Positions 11,976 to 25,219 are shown, counted from the first letter of the stretch. The stretch is 64,000 nt of DNA from Vicugna vicugna (GCA_013265495.1 MU063882.1:165543-229542), one strand, 5' to 3'. Notes: generated by a model from the sequence alone, not told the origin. Numbers and translations: made by a program.

Positions 11976-12689
11976 CAAGGCCACTGCTGGCCTCTTCACA
12001 CTTGGCGTGGCTCTCTGCCACCCAGGGGCCAACCCAAAGTCAACCCTGGGCTCTACTATAACGTTTGAGGTGACTCAAGTGAAGGAGAGTGAAGTGAAAG
12101 ATGGGGCCAGAGAGTTACAGTGGACCTCTTTCACAGAGTAGCCTGAGTGTTGGACCAAGAGAGGGATGTGCCTGGACTTTGACCCAGCAATTCCACTACT
12201 AGGGTTGTATCCTAAGTAAACAGTCAATGATATGAGTGAAGATTTATCCAAAAGTGTTTATAAATACTTGTTTATAATAGTGAAAATTACAAACAACTAA
12301 TATCTAAAAATAGAGGATTGGCTAAATAAGTGATGATGTATCCCCTATTCTCAGTAAATACCAGGTCTCCAGTATGGTCAGGGATATGCTGTGACATGGA
12401 GAGAAACTTCAAAACTATCGTTTCATTTTCAGAGGCATAGTTGAAAGCAGTACATGTGCTCTGATCCCATTGTTGTAAAAGAAAAAAACAGATGAAATAG
12501 ACGTGAAGAAAAAGGAAAAAGTTTTCAAAATGTTAACAATGTTATTTCCAGGTGATAGAAAAACAGATCCTTTTTTATTTTATTGCTTATCTTGACTTTC
12601 TCAATTTTCTATAGTGATCACTTTGAAATGAAGGAAAAAATCATTTTTAAAGGTCTTTTTGTTTAAAATGGCATGTTAGGCATATTTTC

Positions 12690-15400
12690 TTTCTTCTCCT
12701 ACCCCTCCCTCCTAGATCCTATTAAAAAGGTAGTAAAGGGGGAAAATGGATACATGCCTAAAAGCAAAGAGGACTGGGAGGGGGAGCCTTAAGTAGATGA
12801 AAGGTTTCCACAGATGTCTGGGACACAGAAAATGGGGGGAATGATATGGAGTAAAAGGGAAGGAAAAGAAAGGCTTGGAATACTTCCCTAGAGGATCTAA
12901 TTAAGTTGCCTGAGGAAAACCAGGCTGCTAGTGTGGATGTTCACACCCCAAACGAAGCCCTCAAGAGCCAGCCACACTCACAAACGTGCTGCAGTCAGCT
13001 CTCCCATGAAGGAAGAACCCCATCAGGGAGCCCCACCCCCACACACTGCAGCAGGGAACCCACGCCAGCGACCAAAGATTGCCAAGTGCATAATGAAAAC
13101 CAGCAACAAATACATAAATACATGCATGATAAAAATAGAACCACCTGGGCTGGAAGAAATATATAATCAAGACACAAAGAGAATTGTGAAGAAAACACTA
13201 ATTAGTAACTCCAGACACATCCAAGAAGAATATTCTACCTATAAAGCAAGATGCTAAGAAAAACAAAAAATAACCTAAGGACAACTTTTGGAAATTAAAA
13301 ACATGATCACTAAAATTTAACATGCAGTGGAAGATCTAAAAGATAAAGTTAAGGAAATGTCCCAGAATGTAAACAGAAAGATAAAAGGGTAGAAATTTTG
13401 AGCAAAGAGTAGGAGAAATAGAGGAGAAATCTGGGAGGGGAGTTACAATATCCAACTAACAGAAGATTCAAAAACAGAGAACAGAGAAAACAAAAGAAAA
13501 CAACCAGACAAATAACAGAAATAAATATCTCCAAACTGAGGAAGACACAAGTCTTCAGGTAGACTGAAATGTCCCATAAAGTAGACAGCACAAAGAACAA
13601 TAACAAAAAAGTCTATATCTAAATGCATCACTTGCACAATTTCAGGAGAAACCCTATTATTTTCAAAGATAAAAGCTGAACACTTACAAAGGAACAAAAA
13701 TTTGACTTCTCATCAGCAACAGTGAATGTTAGAAAACAATGGAGCACTGATTTTTAAATTCCAAGGAAAAACTCTTTTGAAACTAGAGTTTTAGCCAGAT
13801 TACCAATTAAGTGAAAGTAAAGTTAAGCAAACAAGGGCTCAGAAAATTTACCTCCCATATATCGTTTCTGAGGAAGCTACCAAAGCATGTACTCCAGCAA
13901 AAAGAGGATGCAAACCATGAAGGAGAAAAATATGAGATTCAGAAAATAGTGGTGATAACTCAGGAAATGAATAAAATCCCAGAATAACAGTTGTACAGCA
14001 GAGAAACCCACAGGGATTAAAGCAGAAGCATGGGGGTCCCAAGAGGGATGCCTCTTGATAGGAATTAGATTCAACACAATGGACAGTATGAGTAACAAAC
14101 TGAATGATTTTAAGGATATGCTGACTGCACACTTTGTCAACAAGAAAAAAAAAGTTTATTGAAATTCTAGGAAAAGTGAACAAGAAAGTCAAGGTCTAAA
14201 TACAAAGCAAACTAAAATATGACATGATTTTAAACAACTAATGAACTTTAAAAAAAAATCAACCCTTTGGCCACAATATCAGGAACATTCTCCCTTAACT
14301 GACACAAGGACCGCATCAGAATATGTAAGAAATAAGAATTCTAGCCCACCTCTTGGCTCTTCAGTGAACAGCAGCTACATAATCATAGTCATAATAGTGT
14401 ACATGTTTATTGTTTTTCACCTTCTAAAGTTACAGTAAGGCTACAGCTAATGGCTACTGGGAAATGAAATGAGGGAAGAGAAATAGATGGAAGAGAAAAG
14501 GCACTGTAGGGTGGGAAATGAAATATACTCACTCAGGACTGGCTTGAATGCCAACATGATTTAATTAGTTTAATAAGAAAACCTGAAAGGTGAGTTAACC
14601 ATTAAGACTGGTAAATATTTACATACCAGTTGCAATACATTTTAAGTTAATGCTGTACTTATTCTGTATCTTGTCACCATAAAAGGCAGTTTCTAAGCAT
14701 TTGCTAAGAAGATCACAGAAATTTCCAAGAATATTGAGCACTTTGTCTTTGAAGTTCCAAAGACTGTTGACTTGAACCTTAAGACTAAAAATCTAATACA
14801 GTGTGTGTGTGAGTGAAACTGTTTACTTCAAGTTGTAAACTACAGCTTTCATGAGATTGTGCCTGCTCACCTGCTCATGATCAACTTGTTACAGCTTCCC
14901 TGATACTGCTCTAAAACGGAAGGATAAAAGGATCATTCAGATTTCCTTAAAATCAGGGATTCCCTTAAGATAACTAAAGCATTCTTTGTTACATTTAAAA
15001 TACATATGACTCTAATACATTAATCTTAAAACATTTCCCACACCAGCAATAAGGAGTAAAGAGATGTAGCCTAGAAATGATAAAACAGAGATTGAAGTGT
15101 ATTATTTAAAGTTATAAAGGCAACTAAAAATAAAAATATAACTATAAAACTTTGGGAAGTGGATAGAGGAATATGTAAGTAAGCTAGATCTGCTATACTT
15201 CTTAGCATGGAGTCAACAGATTAATCTAGTTATGGGTATAGGCATATTGTTTGGTGATACAGTTAGCTCCCAAAGTATTAAAAATGATTAAAAGTGGTTG
15301 CCCCTATGGAGGGGTCCTTTGGGTGGTGAGGGGTGGGATCAGAGACTATTGCTTTGTATTACAAGCATCTCTACACTTTTATTTTTATAATAGGCAGGTC
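12690..15400 (+). mobile_element. Decayed HAL1/L1M element (ORF1 remnant plus 3' region), interrupted at about 14535-15005
   Basis: A-rich. Translation near 13700 gives DFSSATVNVRKQWS (L1 ORF1p C-terminal motif); 3' part has taaaagtggttgcc... Confidence 0.65.
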
Positions 15401-15569
15401 TTATTTGGATCAGAAGAGGAATGCCAAGGACCTGCTTACTCTGACCAGAGCTCCTGGGACCACATCTGTCATGGAGGCTCTGCTCAAGGGCCAGGGTCAC
15501 ACTACTTGCTACCAGAATGATCTGATACCAAGGGCATCCCTGGCCAGATCTCCACATTTACCTGACTCC

Positions 15570-15850
15570 CAGGGCCCGCTAACTTTATCCACTAATACCA
15601 CCCCTTTTGTCCCAAATTCTGACCCTCTGCCAAGGTTCCACCTGTCACCAGGTTTACTGTCTCACCTGCCTGGCCACACTGCTTCCCACCATCTACAATG
15701 ACCTCATTCTGCCCCAAGCCCCTGGCAATTTTATGCCCTTTCATTTGGCTTTGTGAGATTACACACTGCTCTTTATTCTTCGCCATTTCAGTACCTCCTA
15801 TAGTTGGTCATGTCATTTTGTACTCCTTCCTTCAGATCATTTACAAAAGT
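15570..15850 (+). mobile_element. L2 fragment
   Basis: Pyrimidine-rich L2 ORF2-end text (tttgtgagattacacactgctct...). Confidence 0.5.
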
Positions 15851-16539
15851 TAAGAAATGAGGACCCACAAGAACTCCATTGCTATATATGCTTCTGTCTA
15901 GGAAAGTGATTTATTAATCCTAATTGCTTCCTGCTTCCAAACAGGTTCTGTATTCATAACAAACAAATGCCCTTTTCTTCTCCCCCACAATCCCTGACAC
16001 AGCTGATGACCCAGCCTTTGAAGAGACATCCTACTAGCTGGCCTGGTGTCGGGTACGTGGGGATCCTGGTCAGTGGGAACAGAAACAGCTGACACTGACA
16101 CAGGCCGCCCTCAGGGATGGGACAGACGCAGACAGCCAGGAAGTGGGCTTTTAGATAAAACAGAGAAGCCAAAAAGTAGGTAGTCAGTACTGTGGACACA
16201 CAGCGCCAGAGACAAGGAGATGGCGGCAACGGGCACCAGACAGAAAGCCTCGGGGTCACTCCCACCGGGGTAGTGGGGGTGTCCTGGGCACATCCGCTAC
16301 ATCAGTTTGCACCCTGTGGCTGTTGCTCCTAGAACTTGTCCCTTGTGGGACTACACAATTCCTGAGCAGATCATCTCTAGTTCTGGTGGATTATAAACGT
16401 CTTGCTTGCCAGTAAGATCTAGAAAAATTATTTTGATTTTATACTTTTTACCCATGCTTGTCAAGTGTTATAGAGATTCTCTGGTTTGCTTTCTTTCTGC
16501 TTCTGGTACAATTTTAAAATAATATCATTAATGTTACAA

Positions 16540-17010
16540 CTAGACTTAGGGTCAGTGTAGCAGAACAGACACTATTTCTCAGAATATTAGTGTCCAGATA
16601 TTTATAAATATTGCATTTAAAAAAGGGTTCCACAGAGAAAAAAAAAGTTGGAAAAACCTTGATTAAACAAGATTAGAGAGATTCTTACTACTGGACTTCC
16701 TGGGACGTGTAATATGCTAATTTTCATTGTCTATCTCTAAGAAAAGAAATGTGTAGCACACAGTATTTCCCAAAATTTCTTTGACAATTAAACACTTGTT
16801 TTTGTTTTTGCTTTGTTTTGGTGGGAGGAGGTAATTAGGTCTATTTATTTAATTGTTTATTTAATGGCTATACCAGGGATCGAACCCAGGACCTCATGCA
16901 TGCTGAGCATGCATTCTAATACTTGAGCTATACCCTCCCCCTGAACATTTTTTTAAAGAAACATTTTATTCATTATTAGTGTTCCGTGGAGCACATTTTA
17001 TGAAGCACCA
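16540..17010. mobile_element. hAT-Charlie-type MITE (MER119-like, family uncertain) interrupted by a SINE
   Basis: aaaagggttccac...taatatgctaat...cagtatttcccaaaatttctttgac...agtgttccgtggagcaca. Confidence 0.5.
16796..16941 (-). mobile_element. Camelid tRNA-derived SINE (Vic-1 type), long form
   Basis: Reverse complement reads gggggagggtatagctcaagt...cttgggttcgatccctgg...aacctaattacctcc plus an A-rich tail; A and B boxes are visible. Confidence 0.85.
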
Positions 17011-17099
17011 AGTGTGCATTTTGTAATTCCTATTTGATCTTTATACTTCTCTTTTTAGGCTTCCTAAAATTCTTTAAAATGGCTAATTAGAATAAATGA

Positions 17100-17270
17100 T
17101 TCTTAAGCTGGAAGGGGTCCTAGAGATCCTCAACTCCAATCTTTTATTTTTACAGATGAGGAAACTGAGGCCCAAAGAAAGGATGAGATTTTGCTCACGT
17201 TTTCAAGCTAGTTGCTGGCGGAACCAGCACTCATCTTCACGTTTCCTGATCTCAAGTCAGAGTTATTTCC
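17100..17270 (-). mobile_element. MIR SINE
   Basis: ttttacagatgaggaaactgaggccca core. Confidence 0.8.
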
Positions 17271-18459
17271 ACCATGTCATATAGTCTCTCCATTTCTTTC
17301 TGACACCCATGGGTGTTCTTTTGGATTTTCCTTTTTAAAATGGAATAACTGCATGATTAATTTGGGGTTACCTCCCCCACAAGAGCGCGGAACTTATCAC
17401 CAGCACAGCTTATAATCAGTAACACACATTGGTTTACCCACAGGTATTTCCGTCACCTGTCCCAAATCACTAGTCTGTGCCTGGTCCCGGGCATTTCCCC
17501 TCCTCTTTGGTCTTGAGCTGCCAGTTCCAGGAAGCGGTAAACTGCTCTACCCCAAACCACGTTCTCTCCCTGTATCAGGATGATGATGGGGGCCACGCCT
17601 TGTTACCATGTGACTTAGGCAACAGCTTTCTTCATACGGTAAAGCCTTCTGACTTGGTCTTCACCCTAGCCCTAAGGCCTTTCGCGTCTCTTCACTGTCT
17701 AAGCTTTACCACGTAAGGGTGATGGTGTCGGCTGTGACTTTACTGGCGTGGGCTGCTGAGGCTAAACCTCCAGCGCCATCCAGGCCTTCCTGAGCATTGG
17801 CATTAGGCTCACGGTTTGGTTGGGCGGCACCAGGGGAACTGGGGGCGTGGGCTTGGTGCCCTGGCTCAAACGTCTGGCCTGACAACACATACGGATGTCC
17901 GGGAGAGAAACTGACCTCATGAGCATCCCTAAAATCAACTCTTGATTAAAATAGCCAGTACAAATGCCAGTTAACCACTTACGGACATCTGCAAGACGGT
18001 GGTCCTCTTTCTCTCCTCCCCACCCCCTCCACCCACCATGGTACACACAGAGCAAAGCCTTCACCTCTTGCCTGTTATCACAGCCCCACTTCCCGTCCTA
18101 GTTTCTTTTTTGATCCTGAAAATTTTGATCCCTTACAAATTCTCAGGAATTTGTAAGGGAAAGCAAAAGCCTAATAGTTTTTCTAGGATTTTCAGGTTTC
18201 TGTTAGTTGTTCCTTAAAGGACTACTTGCTCTTTCTTAAGGAACTTCTAAGCTTCCTCCTGGGAGCTTTTCCATCCAAGGCCTTAGAAACCTTCAACTTT
18301 CTCTTTCCATTTATAGTGTGGTTGTTTCTCTGCTGCCCATTTTCTTTCTTTTTTAAAGCTCATAAATGTATTATTTTTCTTTTTCAGTGAGATAGCACAT
18401 CCATGCATTAAAGGACTTAACTTTATCTGCCACCACCTGTTGCTGTTTGGAGGCAGTCG

Positions 18460-18560
18460 CTCTGCACCTTGGTCTCCTCATCTGCAAATGGGGATAAGAT
18501 TATTTACCTTGCAGGACTGTTGTCAAGTTAGGATGAACATTTATTGGGAGCCTAGCACAG
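18460..18560 (+). mobile_element. MIR SINE
   Basis: ctcctcatctgcaaatggggataa core. Confidence 0.7.
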
Positions 18561-19588
18561 CACTCTGGCTGCCTCTCCTTATCTTCTGCCTGATTTCCAA
18601 AACCACACCCTTTTTCCACAACTGGCTGGCTGATTTCCTTATTTAGCTGTTCCTGTAGGAATCTTTCATCCCCTCTTCACTCTATTCTTGGAGGCAGAAC
18701 TCGTCTCCCACCCTCTTGAAGCCTTAGAGATGCTGCTGAGACAGGCGGTGTCAAATATGGGACATTCAAACGCTGGCCTCTGGGGCAGGGGCAGCTCAGC
18801 ACAAACATGTGTCTTCCCTACCAGCGTCCTCTCCAAAGCACGTGGGAAGCAATGGGGTTCACCACTTTCTGTCTGGGTGACCTTGGGGAAATCATTTCTC
18901 TGTGTCTGTGTATCCTCACCTGTAAAATGGACTAATAATACAGCCCACAGAAGAAGCTAGATTCCACGGGGCCTGGAACTTCTAAAAAGGGGGTACAAAG
19001 TTACAAAAGTGAAATTGGGACCAGGGTTTTAGAAGGAGGTCATGCAAGTGAAGGACCCTGAAGACCAGGCTGCGCTAGCATCATGGTAAATCTGCATCTG
19101 ATAGAAGCAGTGGGGCCGTGCTGAGGTTTCAATGAAAGACTGTTGTAAAGTGCTCAGCACAGTGCCCAGTGTCATAGGCTCTTGTAGTGATAATGATTCT
19201 TATAGAGATAATAATAATTTTGATACAATTATGAATTAATTCTATAAGTGAAATTATAAAAATAAACATATAATCACTATAAAGATTCCTTCTTCTCTCC
19301 TGTTCCTGTTCACAAGTCCATCAGAAGGCAGTGGGGTGGGCCCCATCTTCAGGTTGTCCTTACTTGGGGCTCTCTGTCCCTTAAGCCAGGACCCCGTTCT
19401 GGCCCAGCAGGTCCTTGTTATCTTACACACAAGACACACAACTTCAGAGGAGACCCAGGGGATATCTTGGGAAAAGAGGAACACAGGACATAGGCTGGAG
19501 GCAGGGCCAGCGCTGTTGCCCAGAGCTGAGGGTCCTGGAGACAGCCAGCCAATCCAGAGGGGCCCAGCAGATTCCAGAGCTTCTCAGG

Positions 19589-19608
19589 GTGTGTGTGTGT
19601 GTGTGTGT
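19589..19608. repeat. (GT)10 microsatellite
   Basis: Read directly from the sequence. Confidence 0.9.
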
Positions 19609-19884
19609 GAGATGGGCGGGGGGTGGAATCAGGCCCCGGGAGGTCAAAGGTTGTCACAGAAATAGCAGGGCTCTTGACCACAAAGGTACTGTGGACATTC
19701 TGGTAAAGGCTGCTGGTTTCCCTGCTACATTTTTATGCTGGGTGTGGTCAACCACAAGAGGCCCTTTCCCTTCCAGTAAGAGTTTGAGATTTGAAGACAA
19801 GGGTTACATGACTTCACACTATGGTATTATTCCCAGTGAATTTCCATTTCCTAGTTCCTCCGTGTATTGTGGTCCCGTATCCCT

Positions 19885-19888
<4 letters not shown>

Positions 19889-19938
<50 letters not shown>
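19889..19938. repeat. Compound (TG)17(AG)8 microsatellite
   Basis: Read directly from the sequence. Confidence 0.95.
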
Positions 19939-19939
<1 letters not shown>

Positions 19940-21611
19940 TAGAATCCTATAGGGAGACACGTTTGTTGTTCAGGGAAAGTTTGGTGTTGTAGCTTGGAGA
20001 AGGAATGTGCTTTCAGAAATAAAGCAAGTGCAGAGTCTACTCCAAGGCCCCAGCCCCTCCCTGCAGCCACTACCACAGGGTGTGGTGAAGCCCAGCAAGA
20101 AGGATGGGGCAGGAGACCTTGCTTTATAAATCCAGAGGAGCCATTGAAACCTAGACTTCAGCTGCTCTTCCCAGGAAGCCTCCTGCCCTTAGGATAAAAT
20201 CTCTAAAGTAACCTAAATAACATGTCACTGGCCAAAGATGAGGATGCTGGGTGTTGGGGACTGGAAGTGTTTGTTCTTCCAAAGTCCTCTCCCCTCTCTA
20301 CAGCCCGGAGGTTCTCTGGTTCCAGAAGAGGATGGCGTTGCAGGAAGCCCCAGCCATGACTCACTCAGAGCTAATCCCTGGCAAAGCCATCACCATGGAA
20401 ACTGCCAATCATTCATGCTTTTCATAGCTTAAGGGAACATCTGCCAGGGGAAAGCCAAGTGATACAAACTGCTCGTCTTGCCTACTGTGTTTACACTGGG
20501 GCCCCCTGGAAAACAGAGAGAACTGGCAGGGCAAGCCTCCACAGCAGGATGGTGGCCCACCCCCGGCCACCAGTCAGCTGGGTGACCTTCAGCAACCCTG
20601 CATAAGCAACTCTGCACTCCTCCTTTCCCAGTTGGTCAAATAAAGGATCAGATCAGTGATTCCCAACTTGGTTGGGCCAGTGTGAGAGTAGGGACAGGAA
20701 AACACATTCCCCCAGAGAAGTGGGGTACAAGAGGCCTGTGTAGTTTGTTCATATTATGATTTTATATTTGGAATATTATGAAACAATATTTTCACAATTT
20801 AAACCACAGAAAATAAAGCTTGACTAATATTCTTAGGTAGCAATCTTTCTGAAAGGATCAAGTCACCCCTCTCTGGTCCAGGGAGGCACATCAGAATTTT
20901 CAGGTTTTTAGTAGGATTATCAAAGCAAATGTGGATTAAAAGACAAAAAATTGAGAGTCTCTGGACTAGCTGATCTCAAGTGTTAGTCCTGCTCAAACTC
21001 TGGGCTGCTGAGCGGCATCCTCAAACTTCGGGTTGCTGCTAATTCCTTTCTGGAGGGAGAGGTACCGGAGGGGAGGCTCGCCACCCCATCCCCCTCTCAG
21101 ACCAGGCATCCCCTCTCTTCCTAAGATGCGGTGCCTGCAAAGGCAGAGGGGAGAAGCCCTGGGGGCAGCCTGGAAGGGTCCTGGCAGGGTCACATGGCTG
21201 AGGCAACCTCCTGGGGTGCTTCCCTTCTCGGAGGCCCAGAGCCCTGCCTCAGGCGCAGCAGCTAACCTGGCACTTGCACCCACTGGTTCTTGACTTGGCA
21301 TCAGGGCTCACTGACAGGCCCAAGGAAACGAACGCTCACGTGGGAAGCTTCCTGAATGCGTGTGCTCCCTTTGTGTGGGGGTAAAAATTTTCCTCTATTT
21401 TATTTTCCCCTTTCCTTTTCTGTCCATTCAAGAGGAACTTGACCTTTATTTTATTGCCTCAGAGGAAATAAGTGACAAGGAAGAAACAGAATCTGCCTGC
21501 AGTCAGTTTTGGGTTGTATCTCAAAATCTTGGGCTCTTAGGAAAGTTCAGAGGATGGAGGAAGCAGAAAAGACGCTGCCAAATGACTAGGGAGAGGATAA
21601 GGGTGATGAAA

Positions 21612-21779
21612 CCAATTTGCTACATAGTTTGCAGGGCCCAGTGTAAATAAAAATAGAGGATCCCTTGTTCGAAAACTATTAAGAATTTTAGCAACAGCAA
21701 CACATTAAACCAAGTGTGGGCCCCTCCCGAGCTTGCGACCCAAAGCAAATGCATAAATTCATGCCCACAAGGCTGGCCC
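21612..21779 (-). mobile_element. MER45A-like hAT-Tip100 MITE
   Basis: gcagggcccagtgtaaat...cccttgttcgaaaactattaagaatt...cattaaaccaag...ggctggccct. Confidence 0.65.
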
Positions 21780-22659
21780 TCGACAACAGTGTCCCCTGTG
21801 TCAGAAAAGAAGACGGCCCCTGAAGCTGGGGCAGGGAGAGAAAAGCCCACGGGATCTGGAGCCACAGGGGCCTGGGGCCTACTCCCTGGCAGCTTTAGTG
21901 GGGAGCCAGCAAGAACCCAGAAAAGAAGGTCTGAGAAGTACATAGAAGTACATAGCACAGGGTTCCCAGGCTCAGCAGATTTCTGGTCCCTAAAAGTGGC
22001 TCAGATACGGCAGAGAGCACGAGCCTGAAGGGATCTGCAGACAGGACGACGGGAGGGCCCAACTCCGTGCACAGGTGATGAGTGGCCGGAGCCCCTTCAC
22101 ATGCCCTGCTACTTGCTAAGACCCTAGGACACTGGAACAGAATGGCAGGGCAGGGCGGAGGCATGACGAACAACTGACGTAAGTTTTTAGTCATCCTGGC
22201 AGAATGAAGGCTGAGAGTCAGAGACTGACTCCCTTTCCACTTCATTAAAATGAGAGAAACGCACTATTTTTGGCACACCCGGACTTGTAGAACAGGGTTC
22301 TACCTGCCACTGCCGAGGCTCCAGCCCCATTCCCGTGAGCAAGCCTCTAGGGATCAGGTCAGCTGCTGCAGTTATCCTGGGAGATGAAGCGCGGAGCAGA
22401 GCGGCCACGTGGCAGAGATGGAGAGAAGCAAGAGGTAAAGGAAATAAGCTTAGAGGGTGAGGGTGCTGGTGAGAAAGCGGAGGGTGTCATGAGCCACTCC
22501 CATTACTGGCATGAGCAGCTGGGGGACAGAGGTGCCATTTCCTGCAATTAGCAGAGAAGAAGAATCAGTTGTGTGTGGGGGTGGTGGGTAGGTGGGATGG
22601 GTTGGGTTCTGGACAAATTGGGTCTGAGATGTCCAAGAGAAGATGTCACGGAGGTACAT

Positions 22660-23160
22660 GACTATATGACAGGAAGCTTAGAGAAGTCTGGGCTAAAAGC
22701 ATACATTTGGGAGTCATCAGCTTTGCAGGTGGCCACTGAAAAATGGGCATGGTGAGATGCCAAAGGAAACGGTTGAGAAAGAAGAGAGGGGGGCCTACCC
22801 CAGCCTGAAGAACCCCAACATTTGATGGGCAGGCAGAAGAAAAGCAAGTCAGAGAGGCCATAGAGGGGTGAGGAAGGTGTTGTGCCCTAGAAAGCATGAG
22901 AAAGGGAGAAAATGGAACCTGGCCGAGAGGTCAAACACACAGAAATTTTAAATGCCTGCTAAATTGAGTAAGGTGGAAGTCACGGGTGACTTTGGAAAGA
23001 ACCCGTTTCATTGGGGAGACATGCTTGGAATTCCAAAGAAGAGAGTGGGCACGCGGTGTGGGAGGCAGGGAAATAGAGTTGGGAGCGCAAAGACTAGGGA
23101 GCAGCTGCAGAGAGAGAAAGGGGCTGTTGTTGAAGTGGGAGCCTGGAAAGTCGTTAAAGG
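22660..23160 (-). mobile_element. L2 fragment
   Basis: Purine-rich reverse L2 text (tttgggagtcatcagc..., gtgactttggaaagaacc). Confidence 0.7.
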
Positions 23161-23184
23161 TGATTAAAGTTGTTAAATTTTTTT

Positions 23185-23890
23185 TTTTCATTTTAACAGT
23201 TTTACTGAGGTATGACCGCATATGTTTAAAGTGTAATGATCTGAAAAGTTTGACATGAACACACCTGGGAGACCATCACCAGAGTCAGGAACACATTTTT
23301 TCATCCCCCCAAATTTCCTTGCCCCTCCGTCCTGCTCCCCTCACCCCTACACACAGGCCTTCACTGATCCGTTCTCTATCAGTGTAGTTTTCATTTTCTA
23401 GAATTTTTATATAAATGGATTTTTATATAATGTCCTCTTTTCAAAAAGATACTCTTTCTGGTGTGACTTCTTTCACACAGCAAAACTACTTTGAGAGTCA
23501 CTATATCAGCACATGTCATCAACAGCTCGTGTTTTCTAACTGCTGAGTAGTTTTACATTGTATAGTATTGGTACCATAATTTATCTCTTCATTCACCTGT
23601 TCATGAACATTTGAGTTGTTTCTGGTTTGGAACTCTTACAGATTAAGTTGATTTGAACTTTCATGTACAAGCTTTATAGGGACACATGCTTTTGTTTCTT
23701 GGGTGGTAGATAATTAGGAGTGGAATGGCTGGGTGTATGTTCGATTTTTAAGAAACCGTCAAACTGTCTTCCAAAATGGTTGTACCATTTTATGTCTCCC
23801 TCATCAATGCATGTGAGTTCCAGTTTCTCTGCATCCTTGCCAACATTTGATATGGTCAGTTTTCAAATTTTTCAACATTCTAGTAACTTC
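23185..23890 (-). mobile_element. L1MB-type 3' end
   Basis: ttttactgaggtatgac...ccaaaatggttgtaccatttta...catccttgccaacatttg. Confidence 0.8.
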
Positions 23891-24645
23891 TCCTCCTCTC
23901 TATTAAGGAAGACAGGATAAGGAGACAAAATTAGCCGCATTCCAGGGCATTGACACTGTCTTGATCAAGGATGAAATGTTTTTCGGAGTCTGTGCCCTGG
24001 GCACAAGTCCTGTCCCTCCAAATGGTTATTTCCTGCAGAGCATCTGGTCAATATGTTAGCTGACTACCTTCCAGGCCGGGGCCCCAAGCATGAGACAAGA
24101 CTTGTACATGGACCTCAGCTGGGAAGGCTCCTCTCCAGCCACCGCAGAGTGGGAAATGGGGAAGGCAGGTGGAGGAGAGTCAGTCATGGTCCATGGGATC
24201 CTGGCTTCACCCAAACCCAGTGTGGTAAGAAGACAGTAATATTTCTCTGCCTCCTAGGAAAAGACACATGAGTTGGGGTAAGAGAAAAGGAATTTCTAGA
24301 CCAAATCTGCACTCCTTCCAGGGTGGGAAGGGCAGCTTGTCCTGTCGAGGGATCCAATCTGTTCAGCCCCAAGAAAAATATGTCCCCTCTATTGACTTGG
24401 CCAAGAGGTGTCAATATATAAGTATAACGGGGTAAGAAGGAGTAAATCATCTTGGGGCCTTCAGGAATTATGAACAAGTAAACCATCTATTAAAATAGTA
24501 TGTTTCTAGTTAAAGCTAAGGCCATCCATAAAGTCAGAGATATATCCTAAGAGCACATGCAGGTCATTATGATACTGAGTCTGCGGAAGCAAGCGTTCAC
24601 ACCCCTAACAGGAGAGAGAGTGAAAAGGAACGGCAACGCCGATAC

Positions 24646-24759
24646 CTGTAGCTGCCGGGAAGAACACCCCGAAGACAGTGAAAAAGGACTCTCCGGGACT
24701 GTACTCTGGCAGGCTGTTGTTCTGCAGCAGCTCTGGGGAATAGCCAATAAAACCATGTT
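24646..24759 (-). CDS. SLC12A8: SLC12A8 coding exon (114 bp, phase 1-1): (E)[37 protein letters not shown](G)
   Basis: Acceptor tttgtgttatttcag|AAC and donor CAG|gtatcg. Contains the CCC TM6 motif [13 protein letters not shown]. Confidence 0.97.
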
Positions 24760-24949
24760 CTGAAATAACACAAAGGAAAGCAAAATGAGCCACGTGATAA
24801 GACACAGTACAGGCTTCCCTGCTACAGTCCTATCTTACGTACGTATGACTGTGTGTGTGTGAGCCTGGTGGAGGGAGGGGAGAGAGAACACAGGTGACAG
24901 AACCATATCCCTTCCCACTTCCGGGGCTTGACTTCTGTGTATCTACCGA

Positions 24950-25037
24950 TCTATTTGTTTAATGGAGATACTGGGGATTGAACCCAGGAACTCATGCATG
25001 CTAAGTGTGTAATATACCACTGAGCTATACCCTCCCT
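24950..25037 (-). mobile_element. Camelid tRNA-derived SINE (head plus short AT tail), about 190 bp from the exon acceptor
   Basis: Reverse complement agggagggtatagctcagtggtatattacac...cctgggttcaatccccagtatctcc. Confidence 0.85.
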
Positions 25038-25219
25038 CCTCCAACTTTCGTGTGTCTATATCTACAGCTATAGGTAAATAAAATGACACAAAGGAGAACA
25101 GTAGTTACCTCTGGGAAGGGGAGCATTTTCATTTTTTTCTCATAGACCAATGTAGCTGAAATCTTTCAATGAGCATGTACTGATGTGTTTCCTCTTGATT
25201 TAAAAAATTAAGTTACCTG

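Noticed and set aside
17706-17888. ORF ending SKVTADTITLTW, reminiscent of a fibronectin type III strand
   Set aside because: The match is only about 10 residues, there is no convincing acceptor/donor pair, and the rest of the domain is absent. The area is mildly CpG-rich and more plausibly non-coding.
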